From an uncultured Catenibacterium sp. (GTDB taxonomy: Bacteria > Bacillota_I > Bacilli_A > Erysipelotrichales > Coprobacillaceae), in assembly GCF_900540685.1 (NCBI RefSeq), contig NZ_UQGS01000001.1: a stretch of 64,000 nucleotides of DNA, one strand, 5' to 3'. Below are positions 49,056-57,403 of this stretch, piece by piece. Under the pieces are notes generated by a model that was not told the origin of the DNA, did no database searches, and saw only the letters and a list, made by a program, of their open reading frames with translations. The translations under genes were made by a program, and so were the position numbers. Position 1 is the first letter of the stretch; every line of letters begins with the position of its first letter.

Positions 49056-49958
49056 TTAATAATCCCATAAGTTCATATCTGGGTAGTTTGTTTCATATAA
49101 GAACTGTTCATTCATGACTTTAGTCAATATAGCAGCCCAGAGTATTAATGCATAAAATGAGTTATTTAAACATTGTACTGTTCCTCCACCATTGACCTTA
49201 TCTTCATAAACATAGAGTTCTTCCTTTTGTGATGGTACATAATCTAATTCATCTAGATCATCTAATATACCATCATAGGGACGTGTACTCATTTCTTCTA
49301 TGACATCAATCCACTTCTTATAAGCTTCTTCTGTATGATCATATGAGAAGAAACGTATCGCAGCACGCAGTTTATATATAGCTGCATAGACTGCATTGAA
49401 TGTAAGTTCTGTATAAGGTTTTTCTGTAATGAGCTTAGGTAAGAATATACCTGGCTTAAATGTAAGATGTATACTAGGTTTGACATCTGTATAGTCATGA
49501 GTGATACCAACACTCGTACGTACATATTCTCTTGATAGTTTAATTAATGCAAGACAGACACACATATTTGCATATTTCATATCATCCACTAAAGGAAGCG
49601 AAAAGCCTAAGTCAGCCCCATATTGTCTAGAGAAGAAAGGTTTAAAGACGGCTTCTTCATCATATTTATAAGTCACCGCAAAGGTATAGTCCTTAAATGT
49701 AATACCATGAGTCTTAAGAGAATCTCTTAATGTTTCATCATAATCCTCATAATTGTCCTCCAACATATCCTCTACAACTTCACCACTTGTCATAACAGCT
49801 TGAAAGCTTAATTCCTGTAAAAGGACTGCTGCATCTAGTCTTTTAGTAATTTCACCCTTGGTGATACACGTCATATCACCGCTTTTTAATAAATAACGTA
49901 AACTTTGTGTTGCTGCACTTGTTTGTACAACCATTTCAAATTCTCTTTGCATGGGCAT
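49056..49958 (-). CDS. Hypothetical protein, first gene of the WYL operon
   Basis: 300 aa, no recognisable motif. A hairpin (aacaccta-ttta-taggtgtt) lies in the 112-bp gap to the next gene. Confidence 0.45.
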   Translation of the reverse strand: MPMQREFEMVVQTSAATQSLRYLLKSGDMTCITKGEITKRLDAAVLLQELSFQAVMTSGEVVEDMLEDNYEDYDETLRDSLKTHGITFKDYTFAVTYKYDEEAVFKPFFSRQYGADLGFSLPLVDDMKYANMCVCLALIKLSREYVRTSVGITHDYTDVKPSIHLTFKPGIFLPKLITEKPYTELTFNAVYAAIYKLRAAIRFFSYDHTEEAYKKWIDVIEEMSTRPYDGILDDLDELDYVPSQKEELYVYEDKVNGGGTVQCLNNSFYALILWAAILTKVMNEQFLYETNYPDMNLWDY

Positions 49959-50000
49959 CCTCCTTTCTATATGAAAAAAAGCAGATTCATCATCTGCTTC

Positions 50001-50861
50001 CTATTCTGCGAGATTTTTGATGAATTGGATTCCTACACCACCAATTCCCATATGAGCACCTACCACTGTAGGTAGCTCTCTCATGGTAACTTGACATGGA
50101 CCTAATTGTTCTTCAAGATAGTCTCTCACACGCTGACCTTCTTCAGGCACAAGAACATCTTCAATCGCAAACGTATAATCTTTCGCATTTGCGCCTCTTT
50201 CAATACAACGATCCGCAAGTAGCTTACATGCCTTACGTGTTGTTCTTACTTTACCTAAAGTATCAATCTTACCGCCTAATTCACTATTTAATTCCATGAC
50301 TGGCACAAGCTTCAACATATTACCAAGCATTGCGACTGCAGGTGTAATACGACCGCCCTTTTTCAAATGATTCAAGTTTGGTGTAAAAATAATAGTACCT
50401 GAATGCTTAATCATATCTTCAAGCTTCTCTTTAATTTCAGAAACAGTTTTACCTTTCTCTACAAGATAACGTGCTGCTTCCACAAGCTTCTTTTGAATAT
50501 ATGCTGTACCTTGAGAATCTATCAAAGTAATTGGCATTTCTACTGAACTAGCAGCCACCTGCATTCCATTTAATGTAGATGATAAACCAGTTGCGATAGG
50601 AATTCCAATTAACTCATCACAGCCATCATTCTTCGCTTCTTCCATAGCCTTCATTAAAGAACCAGTCGAAGGCTGAGATGTAGTATACATATCATCTGTT
50701 TCCTTCATCTGATTAAATACATCAAGACTTGTAATATCTAATTGATCTAAATATGTCTGACTATCATGACCAATACATAATGGTGCAACATAAATACCCT
50801 CATGTTCACCATTGATATCAATCTGACAGCCACTATCTGCAATAATACCTATTTTACTCAT
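50001..50861 (-). CDS. degV: DegV-family fatty-acid-binding protein
   Basis: 286 aa EDD/DegV fold signature (KIGIIADSGCQIDIN...). Confidence 0.85.
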   Translation of the reverse strand: MSKIGIIADSGCQIDINGEHEGIYVAPLCIGHDSQTYLDQLDITSLDVFNQMKETDDMYTTSQPSTGSLMKAMEEAKNDGCDELIGIPIATGLSSTLNGMQVAASSVEMPITLIDSQGTAYIQKKLVEAARYLVEKGKTVSEIKEKLEDMIKHSGTIIFTPNLNHLKKGGRITPAVAMLGNMLKLVPVMELNSELGGKIDTLGKVRTTRKACKLLADRCIERGANAKDYTFAIEDVLVPEEGQRVRDYLEEQLGPCQVTMRELPTVVGAHMGIGGVGIQFIKNLAE

Positions 50862-50955
50862 TTCAATACCTCATTAGTGATAAATCACTACGTACATTAT
50901 AGTTTATTTCTTTTTATTTTACAACTTTTACGCTATAATACGAACGGGTGAAACT

Positions 50956-51552
50956 ATGAGATCAATCAAAGAAACAACGACAAATACAATCATTATTAAG
51001 AAATCAGAGTTCATTACTACCCTGATTCCATGTAATGATGAAAATGAAATAAAAGACTTAATAGAACTCTATTCTAAAGATGATGCAACACATAATTGTG
51101 TAGCTTATCGAGTAGGTCCTTTAGAAAAAGCGGATGATGATGGAGAACCATCAGGTACTGCAGGACTTCCTATGTTGAATGTATTACAGAGACAAAAGAT
51201 TGATAATGTGATTGCGATTGTGACACGTTATTTTGGTGGCATTAAACTAGGGGCAGGAGGTTTAACTCGTGCTTATACAAATAGTGTTGCAGATGCATTA
51301 AAAGAAGCAGAAATAGTCGATAAAGAACTTGTTAAACTATATCGCATTAGTGTTGACTATCACTTCAGCCGTAAGGTATCTTATTTAATACAATCTAAGA
51401 ATCTATTATTAATGAATACTGAATATGATGATGAGGTTCACTATGATGTTTATTTAAGAGATACATCTTTCTTAGATGAACTCAATGAACTGACTGCATC
51501 CAATATGCATTATGAGGTTGTAAAGGAAGATTATATTCCTGTTGAGGTATAA
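50956..51552 (+). CDS. yigZ: YigZ/IMPACT-family protein (UPF0029)
   Basis: Signature DDGEPSGTAGLPMLNVL ... GGIKLGAGGLTRAY. Confidence 0.8.
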   Translation: MRSIKETTTNTIIIKKSEFITTLIPCNDENEIKDLIELYSKDDATHNCVAYRVGPLEKADDDGEPSGTAGLPMLNVLQRQKIDNVIAIVTRYFGGIKLGAGGLTRAYTNSVADALKEAEIVDKELVKLYRISVDYHFSRKVSYLIQSKNLLLMNTEYDDEVHYDVYLRDTSFLDELNELTASNMHYEVVKEDYIPVEV

Positions 51553-51554
51553 AT

Positions 51555-52109
51555 ATGTCTAGTATAGAAATATTATTAATCGGTATTGGTTTATCCATGG
51601 ATGCTTTTGCGGTATCTGTATGTAAAGGATTATCTGTAAAGAATCTCTCTATTAAGAATGTATTATTATGCGGTGTATGGTTTGGGGGATTCCAGGCATT
51701 GATGCCTTTCATTGGTTATTGTCTAGGTTCCGCATTTAGTAGTTTAGTAGATTCTATTGATCACTGGATTGCGTTTGTCTTACTCGCATTTATTGGAATC
51801 AATATGATTAAAGAATCTTTTGAAGAAGAGAAACAGAATGATGACTTCTCTTGGAAGACTATGTTGATGCTGGCGATTGCGACTGCCATTGATGCACTTG
51901 CGGTAGGTATTACGTTCTCTTTTGAAGCAATCAATATCTTCATGGCTATTTCTATTATTGGCTTAACTACATTTGTGATTGCATCTGCTGGTGTTTATAT
52001 TGGTCATGTGTTCGGGAATAAATATGAACAGAAAGCACAGATCACTGGTGGTATTATTCTTATTCTAATAGGTATTAAAATTTTAATTGAAGGTTTAGGA
52101 ATTATTTAG
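51555..52109 (+). CDS. mntP: Manganese efflux pump MntP
   Basis: 184 aa, 6 TM helices, two DUF204 halves each with the LSMDAFAVS / ATAIDALAVG motif. Confidence 0.85.
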   Translation: MSSIEILLIGIGLSMDAFAVSVCKGLSVKNLSIKNVLLCGVWFGGFQALMPFIGYCLGSAFSSLVDSIDHWIAFVLLAFIGINMIKESFEEEKQNDDFSWKTMLMLAIATAIDALAVGITFSFEAINIFMAISIIGLTTFVIASAGVYIGHVFGNKYEQKAQITGGIILILIGIKILIEGLGII

Positions 52110-52167
52110 GGAATCTACGTGATTCTCTTTTTTATTTGATTATAATAGTATATAAGAGGTGATTTAA

Positions 52168-52611
52168 ATGAATGAATTGTCAAAATTATATCAGTTAGTA
52201 TTAAACAGAGAATTAGATATTCCTAAAGGTCATATTCTAGATATCAAGAAGATTGATCATAAGCTTCTTGCATTTATGCAATGTGTGTATAATACAGGCG
52301 AACTAGGACATGTTTATACATTCTGGGATAAAGATACTAAGGTTGATCAAAACGCTCTTTTAGACACTTATATTGAAGGTATGCGCTTATTAATAAGTAT
52401 TGCGTATGACTTACAGATTGATGAAATCAAGAATCATGAAGAAATGCCTGAAAAGAACAGTTCTGTTGATCTACTCTTTAAAGTGAACCAGGATATTCTA
52501 GATTTAAGAAATGGTTATAGTCCTATTAAGTTACAGGATGCTTTAGATGATTATTTCCATTTTGGATTTTCTCTAGGTATCACATTTGATGAAATGTTGG
52601 AAGGATTGTAA
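52168..52611 (+). CDS. Hypothetical all-alpha protein, possibly dimeric dUTPase/NTP-pyrophosphatase-like
   Basis: 147 aa. Weak resemblance to the all-alpha dUTPase_2 family. Tentative. Confidence 0.3.
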   Translation: MNELSKLYQLVLNRELDIPKGHILDIKKIDHKLLAFMQCVYNTGELGHVYTFWDKDTKVDQNALLDTYIEGMRLLISIAYDLQIDEIKNHEEMPEKNSSVDLLFKVNQDILDLRNGYSPIKLQDALDDYFHFGFSLGITFDEMLEGL

Positions 52612-52692
52612 AAAAACATAATAAATACATAGAGAATACATACGAATTACACAACTTACCTGTATAGTATAGGCATGAAAGAGGTGATTCTT

Positions 52693-52811
52693 ATGATCTA
52701 TATTATTCTAACTATTATTGCAGTATTATTAGTAGCACTCATCATGGGAGTTACAAGTAAGTATACAAATAAAAAAATCCATGATATCAATCATGAACTG
52801 AATATACATTG
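52693..52811 (+). CDS. Putative 39-aa single-TM membrane peptide (not in the ORF track)
   Basis: MIYIILTIIAVLLVALIMGVTSKYTNKKIHDINHELNIH, preceded by a strong RBS GAAAGAGGTGA with 6-nt spacing. Confidence 0.35.
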
Positions 52812-52840
52812 AGACTCCCCCATGAACGAAAAGAAGGCAG

Positions 52841-54097
52841 CTATTGTGGCTGTCTTCTTTTCATTTGGATTCCCTCGTATTCGCTATGAATACTTTTTAC
52901 GATGCTATTGAAATCATTGTCCGGTACTATAACATCACATATTGAATCGGATGAACCATAGACAAGACTTTCTTTAATACCTAACTTTTCTTTTAATCTT
53001 TCCAGCATGTTTTCAGGAGTGGCTTCATAAGACAATATCTTAAGTAAGCACATGCCTTCAAAATAATCTTCTTCTACAAAATATCTCAATTGTTTATGTA
53101 ATCCTAAGTCTATCAAATCATCTATGATATCGTAGATGATCTCTTTTGTGTTTAATACACTTATGTAAAGGGGTTGATAGGAGTGTGTAGGCATACCAAA
53201 GATGTAATTACGATAAGGGGATTGACGCATCATATCATAATAGTCCATTTGTTCGGACTGGTCGAAACTATTATAATATGTGAGTAATACATCGTCTTTA
53301 AGAACGTGATAGAAGTAATTAAGATGTTTATCATCTAATAATTGAGTGATCTTAGTACCTAAGTTTTGCGGTAATGAATAGGTACAGAGTAATTCATTTT
53401 TTGGTACGTCATACAATATTGCGCCATCTAATGCGATGACCGGGAGATGTAACTTAAGATGTTCAATTTCTGCCTGCATGGATGCAGGTGTTCTTTTTGT
53501 GATGATAGTAAACAAGGCACCATCATCTACTAGCTTATTCAATTGTGTCTTATTGAAGTCATTTAACTGCTGGTGGGCTGTTTGTTCCATATCATCTAGT
53601 TCAGCTACAAAGAGAACATCATTTCTTCTTTTAACTGGCAAGTGTAATGTACAAACAAGATAACCAACCCCTACACCAATACATGTATCTAAGACACGAT
53701 AGAATAAAAATGCATAAGGTGAAATACCTGCATGGGGAATCACTGCAACACTTAAATATGCAACGCATGCCATAAAGGCCATATGCTGTACTTTGAATAA
53801 GACTGTTAAGTAAATAGTCAACATGATAAATAATGCATTGAGTAGATCCCATGCGAGATCAATATGGATGAAAGGCTGTAAGAACATGACAATAGCTCCT
53901 GTAATAGCTCCTATAAGTGTGCCGAGGGCTCTTACAAGTGCCTGGTTCTTTTCATTCTCTTTATCTGGCTGAATACAGATAATTGTGGTTATAAGGACAT
54001 AGAAAGGTGATCTCTGTACACCAAAGAGAGTGAATAATACCATGATGATGAAAACGGCAATACTTGTTTTAATAATTCTTAATCCAATTCTAGGCAT
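52841..54097 (-). CDS. FUSC/ArAE-like membrane protein with C-terminal HAD-like soluble domain
   Basis: About 150 aa N-terminal multi-TM region (FUSC_2-like), then a degenerate HAD/Cof-like domain (LFVAELDDMEQT, LPVIALDGAILYD). Confidence 0.4.
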   Translation of the reverse strand: MPRIGLRIIKTSIAVFIIMVLFTLFGVQRSPFYVLITTIICIQPDKENEKNQALVRALGTLIGAITGAIVMFLQPFIHIDLAWDLLNALFIMLTIYLTVLFKVQHMAFMACVAYLSVAVIPHAGISPYAFLFYRVLDTCIGVGVGYLVCTLHLPVKRRNDVLFVAELDDMEQTAHQQLNDFNKTQLNKLVDDGALFTIITKRTPASMQAEIEHLKLHLPVIALDGAILYDVPKNELLCTYSLPQNLGTKITQLLDDKHLNYFYHVLKDDVLLTYYNSFDQSEQMDYYDMMRQSPYRNYIFGMPTHSYQPLYISVLNTKEIIYDIIDDLIDLGLHKQLRYFVEEDYFEGMCLLKILSYEATPENMLERLKEKLGIKESLVYGSSDSICDVIVPDNDFNSIVKSIHSEYEGIQMKRRQPQ

Positions 54098-54099
54098 AA

Positions 54100-54906
54100 T
54101 TACAACTCCAAACTATCATTGCCGGCTTCAGCCATCATTTTTTCTCTACAAGATAATACTAATCCATCAATGATTTCCATATGTTCAACCATTTGTCTTC
54201 TAAACAGATGAGTAGGAAGTAAAATCGCGATTTCATCATAGTCTTTATCATTCTTCTCTCCTGTCTCTTGTCCATAATAGACACGAGCTAGAGGGGCTTC
54301 TTTTTGAATACTGAAGAATGTATCCCAGATGATTGCATAAACCTGCGCAGCTGTCAGATGAAGCTTCTTTGTATCAGGAAGTGCATATAATAACAGAATG
54401 CCTCTGACTGCATCTGTCTTTCTTTGATCCACTGAACCGTCACTCTTATAATAACGTTCTATATCATAGCCATCAGCCAAATAAACAAGGGAACGGGGAA
54501 CAGGCTGATGATGTGAGAGGATATCTTTAAAACGTCTCATCGTATGGTGTGAGACATCCTTCCCCTCTAACAGGTCTCCATAAGGTGATGTCAATAGTAC
54601 TGGATTTTCTCCTGCTTTACCATGAAATGTTTGAGGAATCAAATAAGCATCACGTAATAAATCAAACATAGATTTACCACATATAGCCAGTAACAATGCA
54701 CTAATATCCTGATTAGAATAACTGTCTAGAACGATTTTTGAAAAGGTCTCATTGTTTAATTCTTCTGATCCTTGAAAATCTTCTAGGCTTGAATTGAATG
54801 TTTCTCTTAGTCTTGCACAAGCTTCTTTACTTGAGAGTATTTTGTGAAATATGTTCTCTACTTCTTGAACACGTGGAAATAATGGTTTCATAGTTCTAAC
54901 CTCCAT
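54100..54906 (-). CDS. Hypothetical protein
   Basis: 268 aa. Its 3' end abuts the start of the FUSC-like gene (start 54097). No motif recognised. Confidence 0.45.
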   Translation of the reverse strand: MEVRTMKPLFPRVQEVENIFHKILSSKEACARLRETFNSSLEDFQGSEELNNETFSKIVLDSYSNQDISALLLAICGKSMFDLLRDAYLIPQTFHGKAGENPVLLTSPYGDLLEGKDVSHHTMRRFKDILSHHQPVPRSLVYLADGYDIERYYKSDGSVDQRKTDAVRGILLLYALPDTKKLHLTAAQVYAIIWDTFFSIQKEAPLARVYYGQETGEKNDKDYDEIAILLPTHLFRRQMVEHMEIIDGLVLSCREKMMAEAGNDSLEL

Positions 54907-55005
54907 CCACTTGTGATTATAGACTTTCTATATCATATGTAAAATGTATCTTTGAGATATTGATAATATGTTTATTACATAACAAAAAAAGTGATCCGTA
55001 ATGAA

Positions 55006-55551
55006 TCACTTGTAATAGTCTTTTGTATATTGAGACATTTCCTGTTTAAATAAACGCATAAGTATAGGTGCACAAAGTAAGTAAAAGACAAAATTACCTG
55101 CTGCATGGAATGTATCAAATAAGAGTCCTTGTGCATAATAGATACCAAACCAGACAGGACCACCAATGATCAATTGTTCAAGGGAGACGACAAATCCAAA
55201 GACATAACCCATTAAAAAGGCATATATAGCCATTAAGAATAAGGGTGGTTCTTTGTTGATTTTCTTATAGAAGTCACTGATACATTGAGTGAGTAAACAG
55301 ATGACAACCCATGAAAGAATCTGGAAGATTGTCCATGTCCCCATACCTAAGATCATATTGGATGCAACAGTAGTGACTACTGTCAGTTTAATCCCAAATG
55401 AGAGTCCAAATAAGAGTACAGATATAATAATGATAGATGTAACAGGTTTAAAGTTAGGGAGTGCCTGTAAGGCTACTCTAGAGGCAATATTAACTGCTGC
55501 AAGAATACCTATGAGACATATTTCTCTTGTCTTATTGTTCAGCGTTGACAT
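55006..55551 (-). CDS. ECF-transporter S (substrate-capture) component, possibly cobalamin-specific
   Basis: 181 aa, 6 TM. Last gene of the B12-linked operon, with a DUF4430 protein immediately upstream. Confidence 0.5.
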   Translation of the reverse strand: MSTLNNKTREICLIGILAAVNIASRVALQALPNFKPVTSIIIISVLLFGLSFGIKLTVVTTVASNMILGMGTWTIFQILSWVVICLLTQCISDFYKKINKEPPLFLMAIYAFLMGYVFGFVVSLEQLIIGGPVWFGIYYAQGLLFDTFHAAGNFVFYLLCAPILMRLFKQEMSQYTKDYYK

Positions 55552-56296
55552 AATACCAGATGACTTGATCTCCTGCTTTTAACTTATAAGCTCCTGCCCC
55601 AATATTAGGTGGTGTGCCATTGACCTTATACATCCATCCAGAACTTGGGCCATGATCAAATTCCTTTAATCCATCTATTCCTGATACATAAACAGTAGAA
55701 CCAAACCCTTTTGTAGAGATACTCTTACCATTCTGTTTTGCAAGTTCTCTTAAGACACTATAAGCTGTAGAAGAACTATTTACTTCTATATTCCCCTGCA
55801 TCATAGTTGTATTGATCCCAATAACCTGCACTGAAACAGTCTGTTTAACAGGTGTATCCTGCTTAGGTGTTTCTACCTGTTGAGGAGCAGAGGTTTCTTG
55901 TTTATTAGAAGAATTGTTTGTTTCTGTCTTCTTTGTCTCTTGTTTAGTAGAAGAAGATTTTGTTTCTGTCTTCTTTGTTTCCTGCTTCTTAGTCTCTTGT
56001 TTAGTAGTAGACTTTGTCTCTGTCTTTTTTGTATCTTGTTTCTTGGTCTCTTGTTTACTAGAAGAATCAGATGATTTTGTATCAGTCTTCTTTGATTCTT
56101 CTTTTGACTCTATTTGTGTTGTCTCTACTGTTTTAGATATCTCTTTCTTCTTTGTGCTATTCTTTATTTCTTTACTAATAGTAGCTTGAGGCTCAAATTG
56201 TCCCGTTACGCCACGATAAGCTGTAAAGCCAAATATAAAGACAAAAGCGATTGCGACAAAGGCAATCGCTAATTGTTTAGTTGTGAATTTCTTCAT
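55532..56296 (-). CDS. DUF4430-domain surface protein (transcobalamin beta-domain-like) with K/T/E-rich repeat linker
   Basis: Signal/TM anchor, then (KTETKSTTKQETKKQETKK)n repeats, then a C-terminal DUF4430 domain (VSVQVIGIN...GWMYKVNGTPPNIGAGAYKLKAGDQVIWYY). Confidence 0.55.
   Translation of the reverse strand: MKKFTTKQLAIAFVAIAFVFIFGFTAYRGVTGQFEPQATISKEIKNSTKKKEISKTVETTQIESKEESKKTDTKSSDSSSKQETKKQDTKKTETKSTTKQETKKQETKKTETKSSSTKQETKKTETNNSSNKQETSAPQQVETPKQDTPVKQTVSVQVIGINTTMMQGNIEVNSSSTAYSVLRELAKQNGKSISTKGFGSTVYVSGIDGLKEFDHGPSSGWMYKVNGTPPNIGAGAYKLKAGDQVIWYYVNAEQ
55880..56110 (-). repeat. Imperfect tandem nucleotide repeats encoding the K/T/E-rich linker
   Basis: Reiterated ttgtttctgtcttctttgt(c/t)tcttgtttagtag units. 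Likely length-variable. Confidence 0.6.
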
Positions 56297-57402
56297 TATT
56301 TCTTTTTACTTTTAATAACTAATACGATCACACCAACAGCTGCGATAGCTGCGACTACATATGCCATCGCATTTGTGTTATCACCTGTATTGACTACTTT
56401 TACTGTTTCTTTCTTTGGTTCAGTAGTAGTTGTAGTTGTTTCTGGCTTTACAGCTGGTGTAGTTGTGTTAGGTGTAGTAGGTGTTTCTGGTTCAGTCACT
56501 ACTGGTGTAGTAGTCTTTGTATAATCTCTTCTAGCCATTAATACAAAGCTTCCGTTATTAATAACGCCAAGGGCTCTAGCCCCTTCTACTGATGCATAAG
56601 CGTTAGGTTCTAACTGGAATGAACTGTAATTTAAGGCATTGAATGTACCATCTTCATTCTGATAAGAAAGTAAATAGTTATATGCATTTGTATCTAATGT
56701 ATAACCTGCAGTAGATAATCCTTCTAATACACAAGACTGAGTATCTGCATTTCCACCCCATCCGATATCATAAGAACCATCAGTCGCATTTAATTTAGAC
56801 TGTACAAAAGTATATGCTTTTGAGATAGCTGCTTCATAAGTAGAACGTCCTGCAACACTTAATGCTTCCATAGCCCATCCAGTTGTATCTAAATCGGCAT
56901 TCTGTCCCTTATATTCATACCAGTAAGCACCATTATCCATAGCCATAGTAGATAACTTATCTGCAACAGTTTTTACCTTAGGTGAGTTAACTGTTTCTAA
57001 AGCCATTAATGTCCAAATAGTAGCCCCACATCCACCATTTGTATCATTTGTAAGAGTACCATCTTCCTGTACTCTATTTTCTAGGATTTCAACTAAATTA
57101 GTCTTATTGAAATCTTTTGGATTTTCACCTAATAAAGAGATGGCGATAATTGACTTTGCGAGATCACCATAACTTGCAGTTGTATAATCTGTTTCCTTGA
57201 AGTTGTTTAATAAAGCATCAGCCTTATAATCAGCTTCCATACCTGTTGCTTCATACGCAATAACGGCATCAGGACTATCTAAAGTAATAGTCTTTAAATA
57301 ATTCTGTGATTTAAGAAATGCATCATCACTCGCAAAAGCTGCTGAGAATGATAACGCAAAAGTTAATGCGATAGAAGTTAATACTGTAAATAATCTTTTC
57401 AT
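56296..57402 (-). CDS. Cell-wall-anchored alpha/alpha-toroid (prenyltransferase/squalene-cyclase-like) protein
   Basis: Signal peptide (MKRLFTVLTSIALTFALSFSAAFA is the preferred start). alpha6/alpha6-barrel-like repeats. T/P-rich stalk. C-terminal sorting-signal-like VNTGDN plus hydrophobic helix plus KSKKK. Confidence 0.5.
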   Translation of the reverse strand: MKRLFTVLTSIALTFALSFSAAFASDDAFLKSQNYLKTITLDSPDAVIAYEATGMEADYKADALLNNFKETDYTTASYGDLAKSIIAISLLGENPKDFNKTNLVEILENRVQEDGTLTNDTNGGCGATIWTLMALETVNSPKVKTVADKLSTMAMDNGAYWYEYKGQNADLDTTGWAMEALSVAGRSTYEAAISKAYTFVQSKLNATDGSYDIGWGGNADTQSCVLEGLSTAGYTLDTNAYNYLLSYQNEDGTFNALNYSSFQLEPNAYASVEGARALGVINNGSFVLMARRDYTKTTTPVVTEPETPTTPNTTTPAVKPETTTTTTEPKKETVKVVNTGDNTNAMAYVVAAIAAVGVIVLVIKSKKK

Positions 57403-57403
57403 T

